NCBI RefSeq assembly: GCF_964204645.1 | Contig: NC_134028.1 | Span: 26,160,345-26,224,344 of the forward strand | From: Tubulanus polymorphus | Lineage: Eukaryota > Animalia > Nemertea | Direction: 5' to 3' | DNA length: 64,000 nucleotides | Position numbers and translations under genes: made by a program | The notes under the pieces: model-generated | Databases searched by the model: none | Told to the model about the DNA's origin: nothing | What the model saw: only the letters and a program-made list of their open reading frames with translations | Shown: in pieces, positions 51,601 to 64,000 of the stretch | Layout: every line of letters begins with the position of its first letter | Numbering within the stretch: the stretch's first letter is position 1

Positions 51601-52737
51601 GGGTTGGTGGTTAAACAGCTCGGTATTTAATTCGTTTTATCCATATAAATATTTCAGATCTGATATCGCGGAGTTTAGGGTAGCTTCCACTCGGTGCCAT
51701 CGTCAGTGGCAGATAAATGCATAAATGAATGAATGAATGGAACATCGAATATTATTCAAATAGAGAATTCGACAATGAAGTTGACTACATGTATTTATTG
51801 TAAGGGAAGCTATTGAAGCTTCCATTATTAGTGTAGACTATAGTAAACTAGTCGTTCATCTTTATACATAGACACACACACACACGTAAAGCGAATTATA
51901 AGAAGATGATACCATGAACCAATGATGAATATCAGGATATAACAAACGATCACAGCATCACATATTCTATGATAATAGTCAATTATATAATAATGATAAA
52001 AACGTAAGTTTCGGAAATAGAAAGAATATAAAGACATGCATTGATTGAATATCACTCAAGGAGGGAATGCTTTACTCATTCGCAATGACCACTGTGCACC
52101 GTGTATATATATATATATATATACCATATGTACGAACCCTGATGGCGTCTATGTGTAATATGGGTCGAATTCAAGGGTTTGGACGTTAATTTATCAATCG
52201 ATTCATAAAATCTAACCATTATTCGTCAACTCTTTTTTTTTATACACAAGAAACCGTTAACAAAAACATCCCGGCAGGCGGGCCGGGGATGGCACAATAA
52301 TCGCACAACGACTGAACGTACCGTGTACGCGTTTACAAAAATACTTTTTAAATCGTTAACGAAAACTAGCAATCTTTTTTTCCAAACGTCCAAATGACGA
52401 ATGTTAAATGCAAATCGAATTTGGAAAGGTTTCATTTTATTACCAAAGTACAAAAATATCTGGGGTTGAATAATAATGCGTTAAGTGGGGAGTAGTAGTT
52501 CCGTATCGATATACTAACAACTTAAACAACAGCTATTGACGAGCGCTTAAATGCTTGAATAAGAAATTTAAGGGGCGAAGGACAACAAAAACAGCCCAGA
52601 CAACGAAGCAATCGGGGCCCGATAACACAAAATCAGATTAACTCAAAATCTCATGACTTAAGATAAGAACTGAAATAACGTAAAGATTAAATCGATTGAG
52701 GCGTTAAATGTTTTTTTGTGCAAAAAACTAACCCCGT

Positions 52738-52924
52738 GGCAAAAGTATGCGAAGTCATTTTTCGGTCAAAATCAACGCGTACAACAACTGTATTAAATCA
52801 TTCTCGATTTCTTTCACGGTGAATGTTTATATCTATCTAGTGACAAGTTTAACGTAAGTTTACGTAGACTTTCGCATCAAAATCTTCCTCAATTCGTCAA
52901 ATATGCGCTTCACATACTTTTGCC
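52738..52924. mobile_element. MITE-like element
   Basis: 17-bp inverted ends GGCAAAAGTATGCGAAG and CTTCACATACTTTTGCC with one mismatch. Confidence 0.5.
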
Positions 52925-53382
52925 GTCATCACTTTCTCCAAATAATTTTAAACAATGGAAATGTATAATCAAGAGAATGCATTATCTCAAGCAGAAGTAA
53001 AAATGTTTGTTAATGCGCACTATAAACTGGTGCCATTAATACGATAAACAATGCTTTCATAAAGCAACAGTGTCCACAAATCGGTACAAAACAAACAATC
53101 CCCGAAATGAACTAACACTATACAGAAAATGATGAACTGTGCGAAATTTGAACGATGATGAGCTTTGTGTCCGCAATCACACGGAGAAGTAAAATTTTCA
53201 TTTCTTTTCGGAATCACAAAAATAATTCTTTAGTTGTCGTACCATTGCGAATAATAATCATCATACGCGAAAAAATAGTTACAATAATTTAGATAAAATA
53301 GAATCGACATACGGACGATCAGCTGTAGTTAGATGTTATCATCAACGCGCCATGAACTCGGCAAACATTCTCAACTCAACGA

Positions 53383-53443
53383 GTTATAAACATTCTCAAC
53401 TCCACGAGTTATAAACATTCTCAACTCCACGAGTTATAAACAT
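53383..53443. repeat. 25-bp tandem repeat, about 2.5-3 copies
   Basis: (AAACATTCTCAACTCCACGAGTTAT)n. Confidence 0.85.
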
Positions 53444-53635
53444 GTGAAACAATAGATCGAGTTGTAGTGTAATAATAATAAGATCAAATTCATTTCATTT
53501 CATTTTTAAATTTCCATTGAAACATGATATATTCAGAGAACATGTATCAATATGAAACAGTCCGTGCTGCTGCTGCTGCTGCTAATATGAATTCTTAGAT
53601 AGCAACATTTGCTAACAGTTCCGCGTAAACACATC

Positions 53636-53934
53636 GGGGCTTATTGCACAGTCATGACATTAGTCCAAAAATAGTCTTAGCCAGGTCTTTGGTTGTAAAA
53701 CTGGCTATAGAATCAAAATGAGCTTAGACTGGTCCTAAATTGTCAGATTGACTATAGAATCAAAATGAGCTTAGACTGGTCCTAAGTTTCGTAGATAGCT
53801 CATAGAGCCAAAATCAACTTAAGACTGGTCTGTTCAGATTGTTGATTGGCTATTTTGTGGTTTTGTTTGGTTGTTAGAATGGTTATAGAATAGATTAGGC
53901 TTAAGTCGAAGCCTTGACTGTGTAACTAGCCCCC
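53636..53934. mobile_element. MITE with internal ~50-bp subrepeats; related copies near 15820-15990 and 59340-59545
   Basis: Ends GGGGCTTATTGCACAGTCA and TGACTGTGTAACTAGCCCC. The internal GCTATAGAAYCAAAATGAGCTTAGACTGGTC repeats are shared between the three loci. Confidence 0.65.
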
Positions 53935-56019
53935 TGGTATCCATCTGTTATAATTATGAAGCCATTTTTAGTAGTTGAAATCATCAACAATTTTTGAAAT
54001 AATCGCAATTTTAACATTTCTTATTAATCTCTGTGACCATTTTTCACTAAAGCTGTTTACGACGAGGAATAAAGAAGAACAGTTTTCGATTTAGCACTTT
54101 CCGGCGCGGGTAAAAAAAAACAGCCCATTAACACTCGCAGAACGTCGCCTTTACCCTAAACATACTACAAAATTCCAAACCGACACTGCGCTGGTAAAGA
54201 ATACAGTTATCAGAAGCTATACGCGACACAGTTTAAAGCACCTAAAGGTAAATAATGAAAATGCGCGAAAAAATGAACTGGCAGGAGTAGGGATCTAACC
54301 TGCACCAAATATCTATAATATCATATATATATATATATCTATATACATACCGTACATCGTCATTAAACCATCAGTTTTATAGTAAAACACTTCATAATTG
54401 AAACGTGTAAAAATCTACACACATCGACGACGTTTACAGAATTTGTGCATAGAAAATGAAAATGATTACGCAACGACGACGACGACGTGCGTCGTTCATT
54501 TCAGTTTTCGTCAATGTAAAAATCGTATATACCGTTTACTTTTCGAGTATTCACGTGCTGAAAAGCGATAGTCGACGCATCCTACCGCGGTAGGAATTCC
54601 CACCCGATGGCATTGAGACTCGCCACGCATTAGCCAATCACAAATCACGTTTTATATTCGCATGGGTTTTTCAATTTATAGTTTATCCGTGAAATTTGGT
54701 GATTATACAACAAGCAATCTGATTGACGCCGCAAGTTCCCTCGCAGCAGACCCGCGCATGTACCTGCGCATGCGGTCTAGTGTGGCAGGGGTTCGTGCCG
54801 TGGCTGAGTCTCGCCATGCCACCATCGGGTTCGAATCCCTGCCGAGGGACGATGTAGTCAACACGACAAATCACGACCAAGAACTAATTATCATTAAAAA
54901 TTGATAACATTTACCGCGCACTATAGAGATAAAGAAAGTACAATCGCGAGTAATGGAAGCAGTATTTTACAAAGCAAAAAACACAAAAATATCATCGTCA
55001 TTATCATCGGTTTAATTTCACGTATCACGAGAATTATCTCAATGTATGAATCGACACGGGCAGCTGCGACAACACGACAGACGCGAGATCATTAACTATT
55101 TAACATCCCTAAATCCACGTCCCCCTTTTTAACGGAATCAGCGGGATTAGCAGAAAATCCAGCAGCGTTACATAGACATACATAGAGAAGGCCTGCGCGG
55201 TGTATGCTTACTATCACCAATATTATGCCAATCATTGCGATAACCTAGAACCTACCGATAGGTGAAACCTTCTAGGTTTTACCGATCAGGGGGTCGTAGA
55301 CACAACCAGGACCTACTAGACTATTACTGATCAGAGGCTTGTAGATGGCAGGGGGGACGTATGTGATCAGATGTTATTGCCCGATTATTATTACAGGTAT
55401 ATACTAGAGATCCCCTCCCAGAACACACTAATCATTGATCAGTCAGTACGCATTTAGACAACAATGATATTAACGACATACTAATCAATTTCTGAAACCC
55501 CATCGACAAAATGCAATATTCGATAAATCATTCATTTCTTGCGTTACGAAATTAGAAAAGCTCAGTGTGAAAATTTCCGCTACACGACGCACGCAAAAAT
55601 AACTACAGAGTGAATCATTGAATCAAGTACTACAGAGTGAATCGAACATTACTAACGAATCAATGAATCAAACAACTGAGTGAATGAATCAATGAATCAA
55701 ACACTACCGAGCGATTCGACGTATAATGAATCTCAACTGAATCTAACGAATCTAAATAATTAATCAGTTATTAATAATCTACGCGCGTAAAAATAGCAAA
55801 TATTTACTACTACTATGGTATGATGATGCTTCATGTTGACCGAATCAAAGCGATAGACAACATTTACATACATTACATCAACGTCTCAATGTTCTAAAAC
55901 TGCTACTAAAGTAAATCTACATGTATTTTCATAATTATGTTATTTTGTCTTCGCGTCATTACGAATCAGGTCTTTTTCTCTTGTCTCTTGCGTTTTGTTT
56001 CGTTCTCCTCTACTCGACG

Positions 56020-59000
56020 TTAAGCTGGTATTTCATCTGATACGCAGTTGTTTGGTTCATGCGTCTGAAATAACACAACAAAGAAAAACGACTTTTAAAA
56101 GCGCGAGTTTTTTCTTTTAAAGTTATGCACAGATTTTCAAGCAGCGATGTTTATTATGCCTGCCATGCATTGATAAAGCAGATTAATTTGATATTTGATT
56201 TGAATTTTGATTATCGGATCATTCTATTGTAGCAAATCAGGTTAATATGATTACATAAATGCAGCAAACAGGTAGGAGACCCAGCTGAATGTGGAGGGAA
56301 GGTACGCAGGAAGGGGTACACACAGCCGTGAACAAACCCCCTTAATCTTAGTTTCCAAAAATCCTGAAACCCGCCGACACCTCGAAGCCGAAACCAACTT
56401 CAAACGATGAAGAAATGAATTCGATTAAAATCCAGAGTGATTAAAAACCAACGAATAACTTTTAAAACAGCCGAGGACGGAACATTAAAAAAATAGACAA
56501 AACACCGCAGTAGATATTGAGGTGAGATTCTACTGAAGACTCGAACAGATCATTTCATAAATAACAAAGTGCAAGAATAGATGAATGAACACAGATATAT
56601 ATATATATAATGATGAGAATAGTATAATATTAGTATTATTCACCCATCAGCATCGGCTTGCTCCTAATACAGGTGCAGCATTGTATTTAAATAATACACA
56701 CACTTATTAAACATCATATCTTACAGTTCACTAACGCTGTGTATATATGCGCTCATGCTTATATGGTTTAAAGTTTTCAGCCCTGTTAGAAGGGTCGCGC
56801 ATGCTTCGAGCTTCTTCGATCAATTCATGCAAGACTCGTCTCCATGGATCGTTATCCATTAAACTTTACCCATAATTTATATCTAAATAATATAAGCGAT
56901 CTTTCAACCCTGATTAGGGGTGAATTCTTTAACAAACGATGCACAGAGCTTTTCTCTGATTAACTTCCTTTTACTATTCTAAATATAAAGTAAATTCGTT
57001 TCTAAATCCATGAGTAATCCTTTCACTCAGTAATCTTTAGTAGGGATAACCGATTCTGCTCTGAATATCTATGCTTCATCTTGGTTGCAAACACTAGGGG
57101 GTCTGGCATAAAGTTTGTTCGCTAACCATTGCCCGAATGTTGCTCCATACATCATACCAATTAAAGGCAATTAGGGGATTTACAAACTTTCTGGATCTTT
57201 CATGTAAATCGCATGTCACATTTTGCGAACCAATCAGAGTCATATCGAAAACTCTCATTGGGGTAATTTTGACCCCTGTCTGAGGTAGGCATTTACCGTC
57301 GGCAATATGTCTACGAAGAATAACTCTTTTCTGATATAACAGCGCGAATTCTCACCTCGATATCGTTCAGCTTAGCCTCTAACTGTTTCTTCAGGTCAGC
57401 TGGGTCGTCGTCGGTGACCACGTACGTCTCGGACGTAGTGTTTGTTTTTATATCCGTATCTAACAAAAACATAAAGCGCGTTCAAAAATAATGCAGCAGA
57501 ATCATTCACGAACATACAAACAATATCAATCATTCATTCGATCTAAACCCAACACCAAATTTTACAATTCGTCGCAATGCTAATTATAAATCCGACCCAG
57601 CGCATCATCATCATCTGAGCCACGTTTGTTCCCAGGTTTTGTTATCAGAATCATGCAGGTTCAGCCACACAGCAGCAAAACAAATATCAACAATTACAAC
57701 GGCCTAAGTCAGATATGAGTCAAAATAGTGCACACTATAGTCAACTAACATTTACCTTAATGCAAACCCATACGTATGCACATTAATGATATGCACTATG
57801 TTCCACCTATATCTGACTTAGGCCATTATTTGTTGCAACGTTTTATGAGGTTGCTGGCTACATAGGTAACTAGACAGCTACGTTAGGTAGGTAGGCAGAT
57901 AGGAAGGTAGGCAGGTATGTGCTCCAAACATACAGGATAAACCAACACAACAACTTTCATAATAAGCCGATAAAAAAAACAATTTTCATGCATCAAAACA
58001 AAGCAGATTATTATCAAGTGTCAGCAAAAAGAATTTCAGTGCTGCAGCAATGAAACTGATGGAGTGCCAGCAATATTCAAAGGTCAGATACACCCCGAGA
58101 TAGCTAGTACCAGGTTTATGTAATAGATGGCAGAAGTGGGGATCCCCAGTTGTGAGGTACAATGACCTGACTCTGCAGTTCCTGGTTAAATCCAACGTTT
58201 CAAATGTTTATACTTCCTATTTATAAGGTTGCTATTTTTTACTTGTTGAGTCAGAAGAGTAAAGCAGGAAGCTGGTGAAAGCCGAGTCCATAGAAGGTTG
58301 AATTAATAGAATTGGTTCGTTGAAAACAAAAGCGAACATTATCAGAAATATGATTCTGAACAAATTTTTCTTTATCCAGAAATACATCGTCCTTCTTTAT
58401 AGATACGATCGAATTGACTTCTGCAGTTATCTGTTGTGTCCCTCAGACACTTCCCTTAAATTTGAAATCTATGACATATAGTTGGATGATAGGTCTATAT
58501 CAATTACAATAACAATGTATGGTTCTAATGAAGCGCAATATCTGCGTTTATCCGAAGCCTACCGTTAAATCCTAGGCGAGAACAATGGAACTGAGATGGC
58601 GAGTAGAGGTGGTAAGGTAGATAGATGCAGGGTGGCCACTTCCCCTGATTTTTCCACATGATTACACTAAATTACCCGAGGTAAGTGAATCACGTATTGA
58701 TAAAGAATCATTGTTTTCAATAAGAGCCAGGTCCCAGGTCTCAGACCTGTCTGTCGTTTGTAAAGGACCCGCCTGTTTTTTCAAACCAGCTTTCGTTTCA
58801 GGGACTGTGACATATTATGGGACCCTCCTGTTTTTCAAAGGGACCTGGCTGGTTAATTTCTTATTGAAAACGCTGAGAATCATGCGGTCAATAATAATAT
58901 GTGAATTCCCAGAGTATTTCAGGTTTTTGTCAGAATTTGTCAAATTCCTTCAGTTTCCCTGATTTGTTTCTGATTCCCCGATTTGTCCCTGTTTTTGAGG

Positions 59001-62000
59001 TTAAGTGGTCACCCTGATTAGGTAAGTAGGTAGGTGAGGAGATACTGACCTCCGTCTTTGATCTCCTCAGTAGTGGTTGTAGTAGTCGATGATACTGTAA
59101 TTGTTCCGTCGAGTTGTTTTTCAGTTGATTCCGATGATATCGTACGGGTCGATTGAACCGTAGTGCGTTCAACAACCACAGATGTATGAGCTTCACTGTT
59201 AATTAAATAACAACACAAGTCAGTACGAGAAATCACATCGCCGCGCATTGGCTTTAACCTACAACAGCCTGGATTTTCTGGAGTCCTTTAAAACTACACT
59301 TTAAACAGGGCTCAGTAGCAATCAAGGCTTAAATTAAATTTAAGACAAGTCTAAGACCATCTTGATTCTATTGCCAATCTTACAACTCGATAATAATGAT
59401 TGTATTTCTGGCCTTTTCACCAGCCGGTTTCATAGCCAAGACTTAAGTCAAATGCGGTTCTAAATCATAAGACTGGTCTTAAGTTGTAAGATTGGCTATA
59501 GACCTTAGATAGTCTCAAGTCTAAGCTATGACTATGGAACCGGCTGCTGACCAGCATCTAGCCTCAAGGATTCCGCCTGAGCCCTAAACTAATTGATAAA
59601 TCTTCAAAACCCTCATTATGTCAAAAATGTGACAGGACCCTTTAGTTCTTGCATCTCAAGTCACAGATTCAAATATAAGCCTATTATGAGATCTATAGCC
59701 GACCAGTGATTGTATTAAAATCACGTATAAATACCTGGATGAAGTCATATACTCTTTCACGCTATCTATAGTAATATCGGTAGCCGGTGTATCTTCTGCT
59801 TTAGAATCGTCGAGTGTAGATTTCTCGAGGCCCTCGGTCACTTGTTCAACATCGTCTGTTTTCTGTTCTCCACTTGTTCCCTCGGCAGCTCCGTCGGTTC
59901 TATACGCGTTAGTTAGAAAGGCAAATAATATGAGAGTCAAATCAACGCCTCATGGACCAGTTCCACAGTCAAAGCTTAGATTTAAGACCAGTCTTTGCCC
60001 AACTTGGTTCTACTGTTTAAGAGGTATTTGCAGGCCACATCGGTGGTCAAGTCAATGTCAGACCCTTGAAGTTGGTAAATTGCCAGGGGGCAGTTTTATA
60101 GACATTTAAGTCTAAAAACATTCTCTCTGATTTTAGCTTTCTAAAGAAATTTGCTGATTTTTTTAAAGAAAAGAAAATTCCTCGACTTTCTCTGATTTCA
60201 AGTTCGTGTCAATTTTCCGAGAAAAAATTAAGTTGTTGTCTTACTTGTCTTCTTCATTGGTCGCTGGTGTCTCTTCGACGGGTTCCGGTTTCGGAGGTCT
60301 CATACCTTCCTTCAACTCGACGCTGCAGTCCGGTTTAACGGCGCGGTAAGTCGTCAACGCGAAACGCGTGAATTCTGATGGCGAACTCAAATAGAAACCT
60401 TGTCCATATTGATCGAATACACACGACGAAATACCGCTAGAAAATACGTAAATACATTCTCAATTATACACTCGCAAATTTTTACAATTTTTTCATATCT
60501 TCTAAAAGCTGGCGTTTATTTTTTTTCATGACAAGATTTTCAGATAATGTAATTTTTCTGGACAGATTAGAATAAGATTTCTTAAACTTTAAAACAGTTC
60601 GCGTATAAATTCTGAGCTCTACGGTATATGGCATAAGAATTTGACGAGACACTTCTCTTAAATTTTTCGCAGATTTTCATTATTCTGATTTTCATGAGGT
60701 TTAAAGGCTCGAGTAGCCTACAATAGCTGTATATACTTAACTATACTATGATTCGTTAAGAGGCTTTTCAGAATTTCTTATCAACAACTTATTTCCAAAT
60801 GAAGGTTTAACATTCAACAAATTAAATTAGAAGTACAAAGCGAGACTCAATAGAGACTATTTAACCGAGATAACTGTACACAGATTAAAGAATGTTTCAC
60901 TTACATGAGATTTTCCTTCTTGATGCAGCTGTTTTTGCTCTGCAGACTCAGATGCGGAATCGTGTAAAGACTCACTTCACCGAGATTGCTCAACGTAGAA
61001 ATACCATACGAAATATACTCTTCATCTGGAAGAACACCATCAATAATCAATCACATGATTCTGACAGATGTTAATTCACAAATCGATTGTAATAGTCTGC
61101 GCTTTATAGCAGTAAGGCTTCAGCAGGTTGGCCACATTCCGCATATTGACAAATCCCCTGAGTTTTTAATGTTACGACACAAAATTCCTAAGGAATTTCT
61201 TAGTTTTTGGTGCATAAGAATTGGCACTTTAGTAGTGAAATGCACCCATGTGATAGAGATATAGGCATAGAGATACGTACCATTTCGACTGCAGATATTA
61301 ACAACTCCGATTTTACGAACTCGAGATCCGTCCAAAGCTGTGATCTTCTGCTTGGTTTTAGCTTTTAGGTTCGGCAGGGAGAAAATCTAAAACACAAAAT
61401 AGATATTTTCGATTTTCACTCCAGTGGCTTATTTTAGATTCCCCCAGATAATAACGATCTTATATTTTTCTTACCTTCATCTGCTCCTCGGAACAGATCA
61501 ACAATGAATGCCCACCGGACATATCGGCTTCTTTAGCGATGCCTTTTGTAATTTCAATCGATTTCGGTAGAATGTGTCCCTGTTTGTCGAGAACGCTGAT
61601 AGCAATAACCGGAGCGCGGTGTCGTAATTTAATCTCTTTACCTGTAATTATCCAATATCGTTGATTGAAAGATTTTCAAATCATATTTGTCAAAGTCCGC
61701 AGCAGTCGAACACTATTTCATGAATACTAAGTTCACAACATTTTTGTAAATCAATGACAAAGCCACGACATAAAAAAAGCATTTGCAGTCAAAATTTAAA
61801 ATAAAATCGGCTACTTTAAATTTCGACTAAATTGTCCCATTTCATCACCTTCAGGACCGTGCCTGTAAATAAGGCGCTTATCAGGCTCTATCCTAAGTTT
61901 TACACAAAAAGTAAACACTTATCGGAATTTTCCAAGACTCGCGCTACAAACCCTGGTTATTCAACAAAATATAATTCAATTTCTTGGAGATAAAACTTAC

Positions 62001-63835
62001 AGAGGTCGCATTGTACGGTCTCCGAGGCTCTCTTCTCTCCCTCAGGAATCACCAGTTTATAAACGAACACGAATCCTCCGTTAGTTCCGACCCATAAACT
62101 CGGGTGATGAGTCGACGCTGCAAATAAAACAACGTTTCTTACGGATCAGGTAAACTAAAATTCCTTCATTTTCTGGGACCCATTGTAAGATTGTAAGATA
62201 TAGAATGCGGGGACTATAATTTCTAATCAAAGAGGTTCCTTGTACCACTTGGTCACCAGCACAAACAACAATGTACCAAAAATTCCATTTTCTACATATT
62301 TACAAATACCCAGATTATTCCATGATATAACACAAAAATCCCTCTGAATAAATCTGAAGAATTTTCAGGTTTAAAATATTCCATTTCTTTATGAATTACG
62401 TATTGATAAAGAAACACCTGGTCAATATCCGAATTCCTGGAATTTTCATCTTTGTAAAGACACTTACGTTCGAGGATGAATGTTTCAGCGAAGTGGAACA
62501 ACCTGACGACGCTATTCATACTATCATCAGCCGCACGAGCTTCGATCTTTCTCTCTTCCGGTTTCACCTCAGCTGCCGCAGCTGCTTCTGCTTCTTCTTT
62601 CTTGTCTTCGGTCGGAGATGCGGTAGCGGATTCCGATTCAGCTGCAGCTGCGGCTGGTTCCTCTTCGCTTTCCTTCTTCTCGACCTCCTTCACTGGCTCT
62701 TCGCTCGTTTCTGCAGGTTTTTCCTCTTCAGTTGGACTGAAAAAAATCATGTTCAAAATCATAAATGATGAGGATTATAGGAATGAAAGTTTCCTGAAGT
62801 TTTCCTGATTCCAGGTAAGTAGCCACCCAGCGAGGATCCACCAGGTGGCGCTAGAAAAACGATTTCAGATTTCTCTCGAGATTAAATTAAAATCTGTATC
62901 AACAATTTCCTAACATTAAACGAATGGCTAAGAGTTGTCCTACTGCCTGGCACGCCATCTGGTGAGATAACCCGGTGTTCTCATTACCTTTCTTTCTTTT
63001 CTTCTTCTTTCTCCTCTTTAGTTTCCTCCTTTGTCGCATCCTCTTTCGACGGACTCTTCGATGGACTCTTTTTCGGCGATCCAGCCTCTTTCTTCGTGGT
63101 GATGGTGGCGCCACCGTGTCTCTTACGTACGCGCAGACGACGGATCGATTCGCGCAGCGACTTTTTGAATTTCTTGCCGCGAGACATCGACGATTCCTGC
63201 ACGTGTTCTTCAGGGTTCAACGTACAGTTCGTGAGAACTTCTTTCTTCTGCGCGTAATCGAACACGGTGAATCCGTGAGCCGTTCCTGCTACTAGTCTAA
63301 TATACACAATATACAACGTTTTAGTTTTAGGTAAATATTACATTTTCATGGGTCTAATTGAAGAACTCTGGGATTTTCATATCCTTTCAATCGGTTTTAT
63401 TGCTTTTCACAAGAAAATAATACAAGGATTTCAACTTTTTTCCCCAGATTCTAGAAGAACAGATGCAGCCGTTCAATAGATTCAATAAATTGCAGAAATA
63501 ACTTACATTTGCCATTCAGGTTGGAATGTAAGAGCTGTAGTAGCTGCCGGTGGGAACACCTGTAACACGACCGTCGGCTGGAATCCGGCTGCGAATTTAA
63601 TCTCGCCCGATCTCGCTTCCAGGGCCTGATGTCCCTTCCAGACGAAACTGTCGCGATCGCTGACGATGTTACTCTGTACGGTGGCGACCTCTTTAGTCGT
63701 CTCTTCGCCTTCGATGTTCATCATGACGACCTGACCGGCGCTGCCCCCGACGACGAGGGTCTCGCTCAACGGACACAGTTCGATTCTCTGTATCGCTAGA
63801 CGAGGATCGTCGCTGAACGGATCGTACGTACTGAC
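56020..63835 (-). CDS. LLGL: Lethal(2) giant larvae homolog, 3' portion (5' exons lie beyond the window)
   Basis: Exons: 63507-63835 ([13 protein letters not shown]...WKGH), 62988-63296 (GTAHGF...[12 protein letters not shown] polybasic domain), 62468-62736 ([12 protein letters not shown]), 62001-62117 (SLWVGTNGG), 61475-61641 ([11 protein letters not shown]...LICSEEQMK), 61281-61386, 60905-61025, 60245-60436 ([12 protein letters not shown]), 59735-59899, 59050-59195, 57356-57459 and a last exon at 56020-56064. All splice phases are compatible. Confidence 0.93.
58629..59016. mobile_element. CAGGGTGGCCAC-family non-autonomous DNA element in an LLGL intron
   Basis: TIRs CAGGGTGGCCACT and AGTGGTCACCCTG. 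The same terminal motif occurs near 20890, 24255, 35530 and 62820. Confidence 0.6.
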
Positions 63836-64000
63836 CTAATTAATATCAACAACTTCAATTAAATTACGACTCCAAAATAGAAATGATTTCAGTAAAGAAA
63901 CGACTTTTGCTTAGTAAATTGTCGAATTGGAAATACAAATTGGGACTCGAGAAATTCAGATGACTTCAGTTAATGGGAGGATTTGTGGAAATAACCACTC

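Noticed and set aside
54770-54850. Intact tRNA gene
   Set aside because: A B-box is present but no acceptor stem or cloverleaf can be built.

Overview
Eukaryotic, intron-rich animal DNA, probably a spiralian/lophotrochozoan invertebrate (inferred from gene structure and protein similarity, not proven). No prokaryotic features, CRISPR arrays, rRNA or intact tRNA were found. Genes from left to right: the 3' end of a leucokinin-type GPCR (+) with two tandem alternative terminal exons, an intronless FMRFamide-receptor-like GPCR (-) apparently nested antisense in its intron, PARG (-), RPS24 (+), YARS2 (+), UBE2S (-), ARL6IP1 (+), ZCCHC24 (+), and the 3' part of lethal giant larvae (LLGL, -). Many MITEs and minisatellites are present. 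The most unusual element is at about 42.5-43.5 kb. It is a ~240-bp-arm inverted repeat whose mismatches favour G:U pairing on the minus strand, its loop holds three copies of a three-way-junction RNA fold, and it is bracketed by strong minus-strand splice acceptors, making it a candidate structured hairpin RNA gene. Also notable are a CCAAT-CDE-CHR cassette between UBE2S and ARL6IP1 and a candidate frame-switching LLGL microexon. Exon coordinates and mismatch counts were done by hand and may be off by a few bases.
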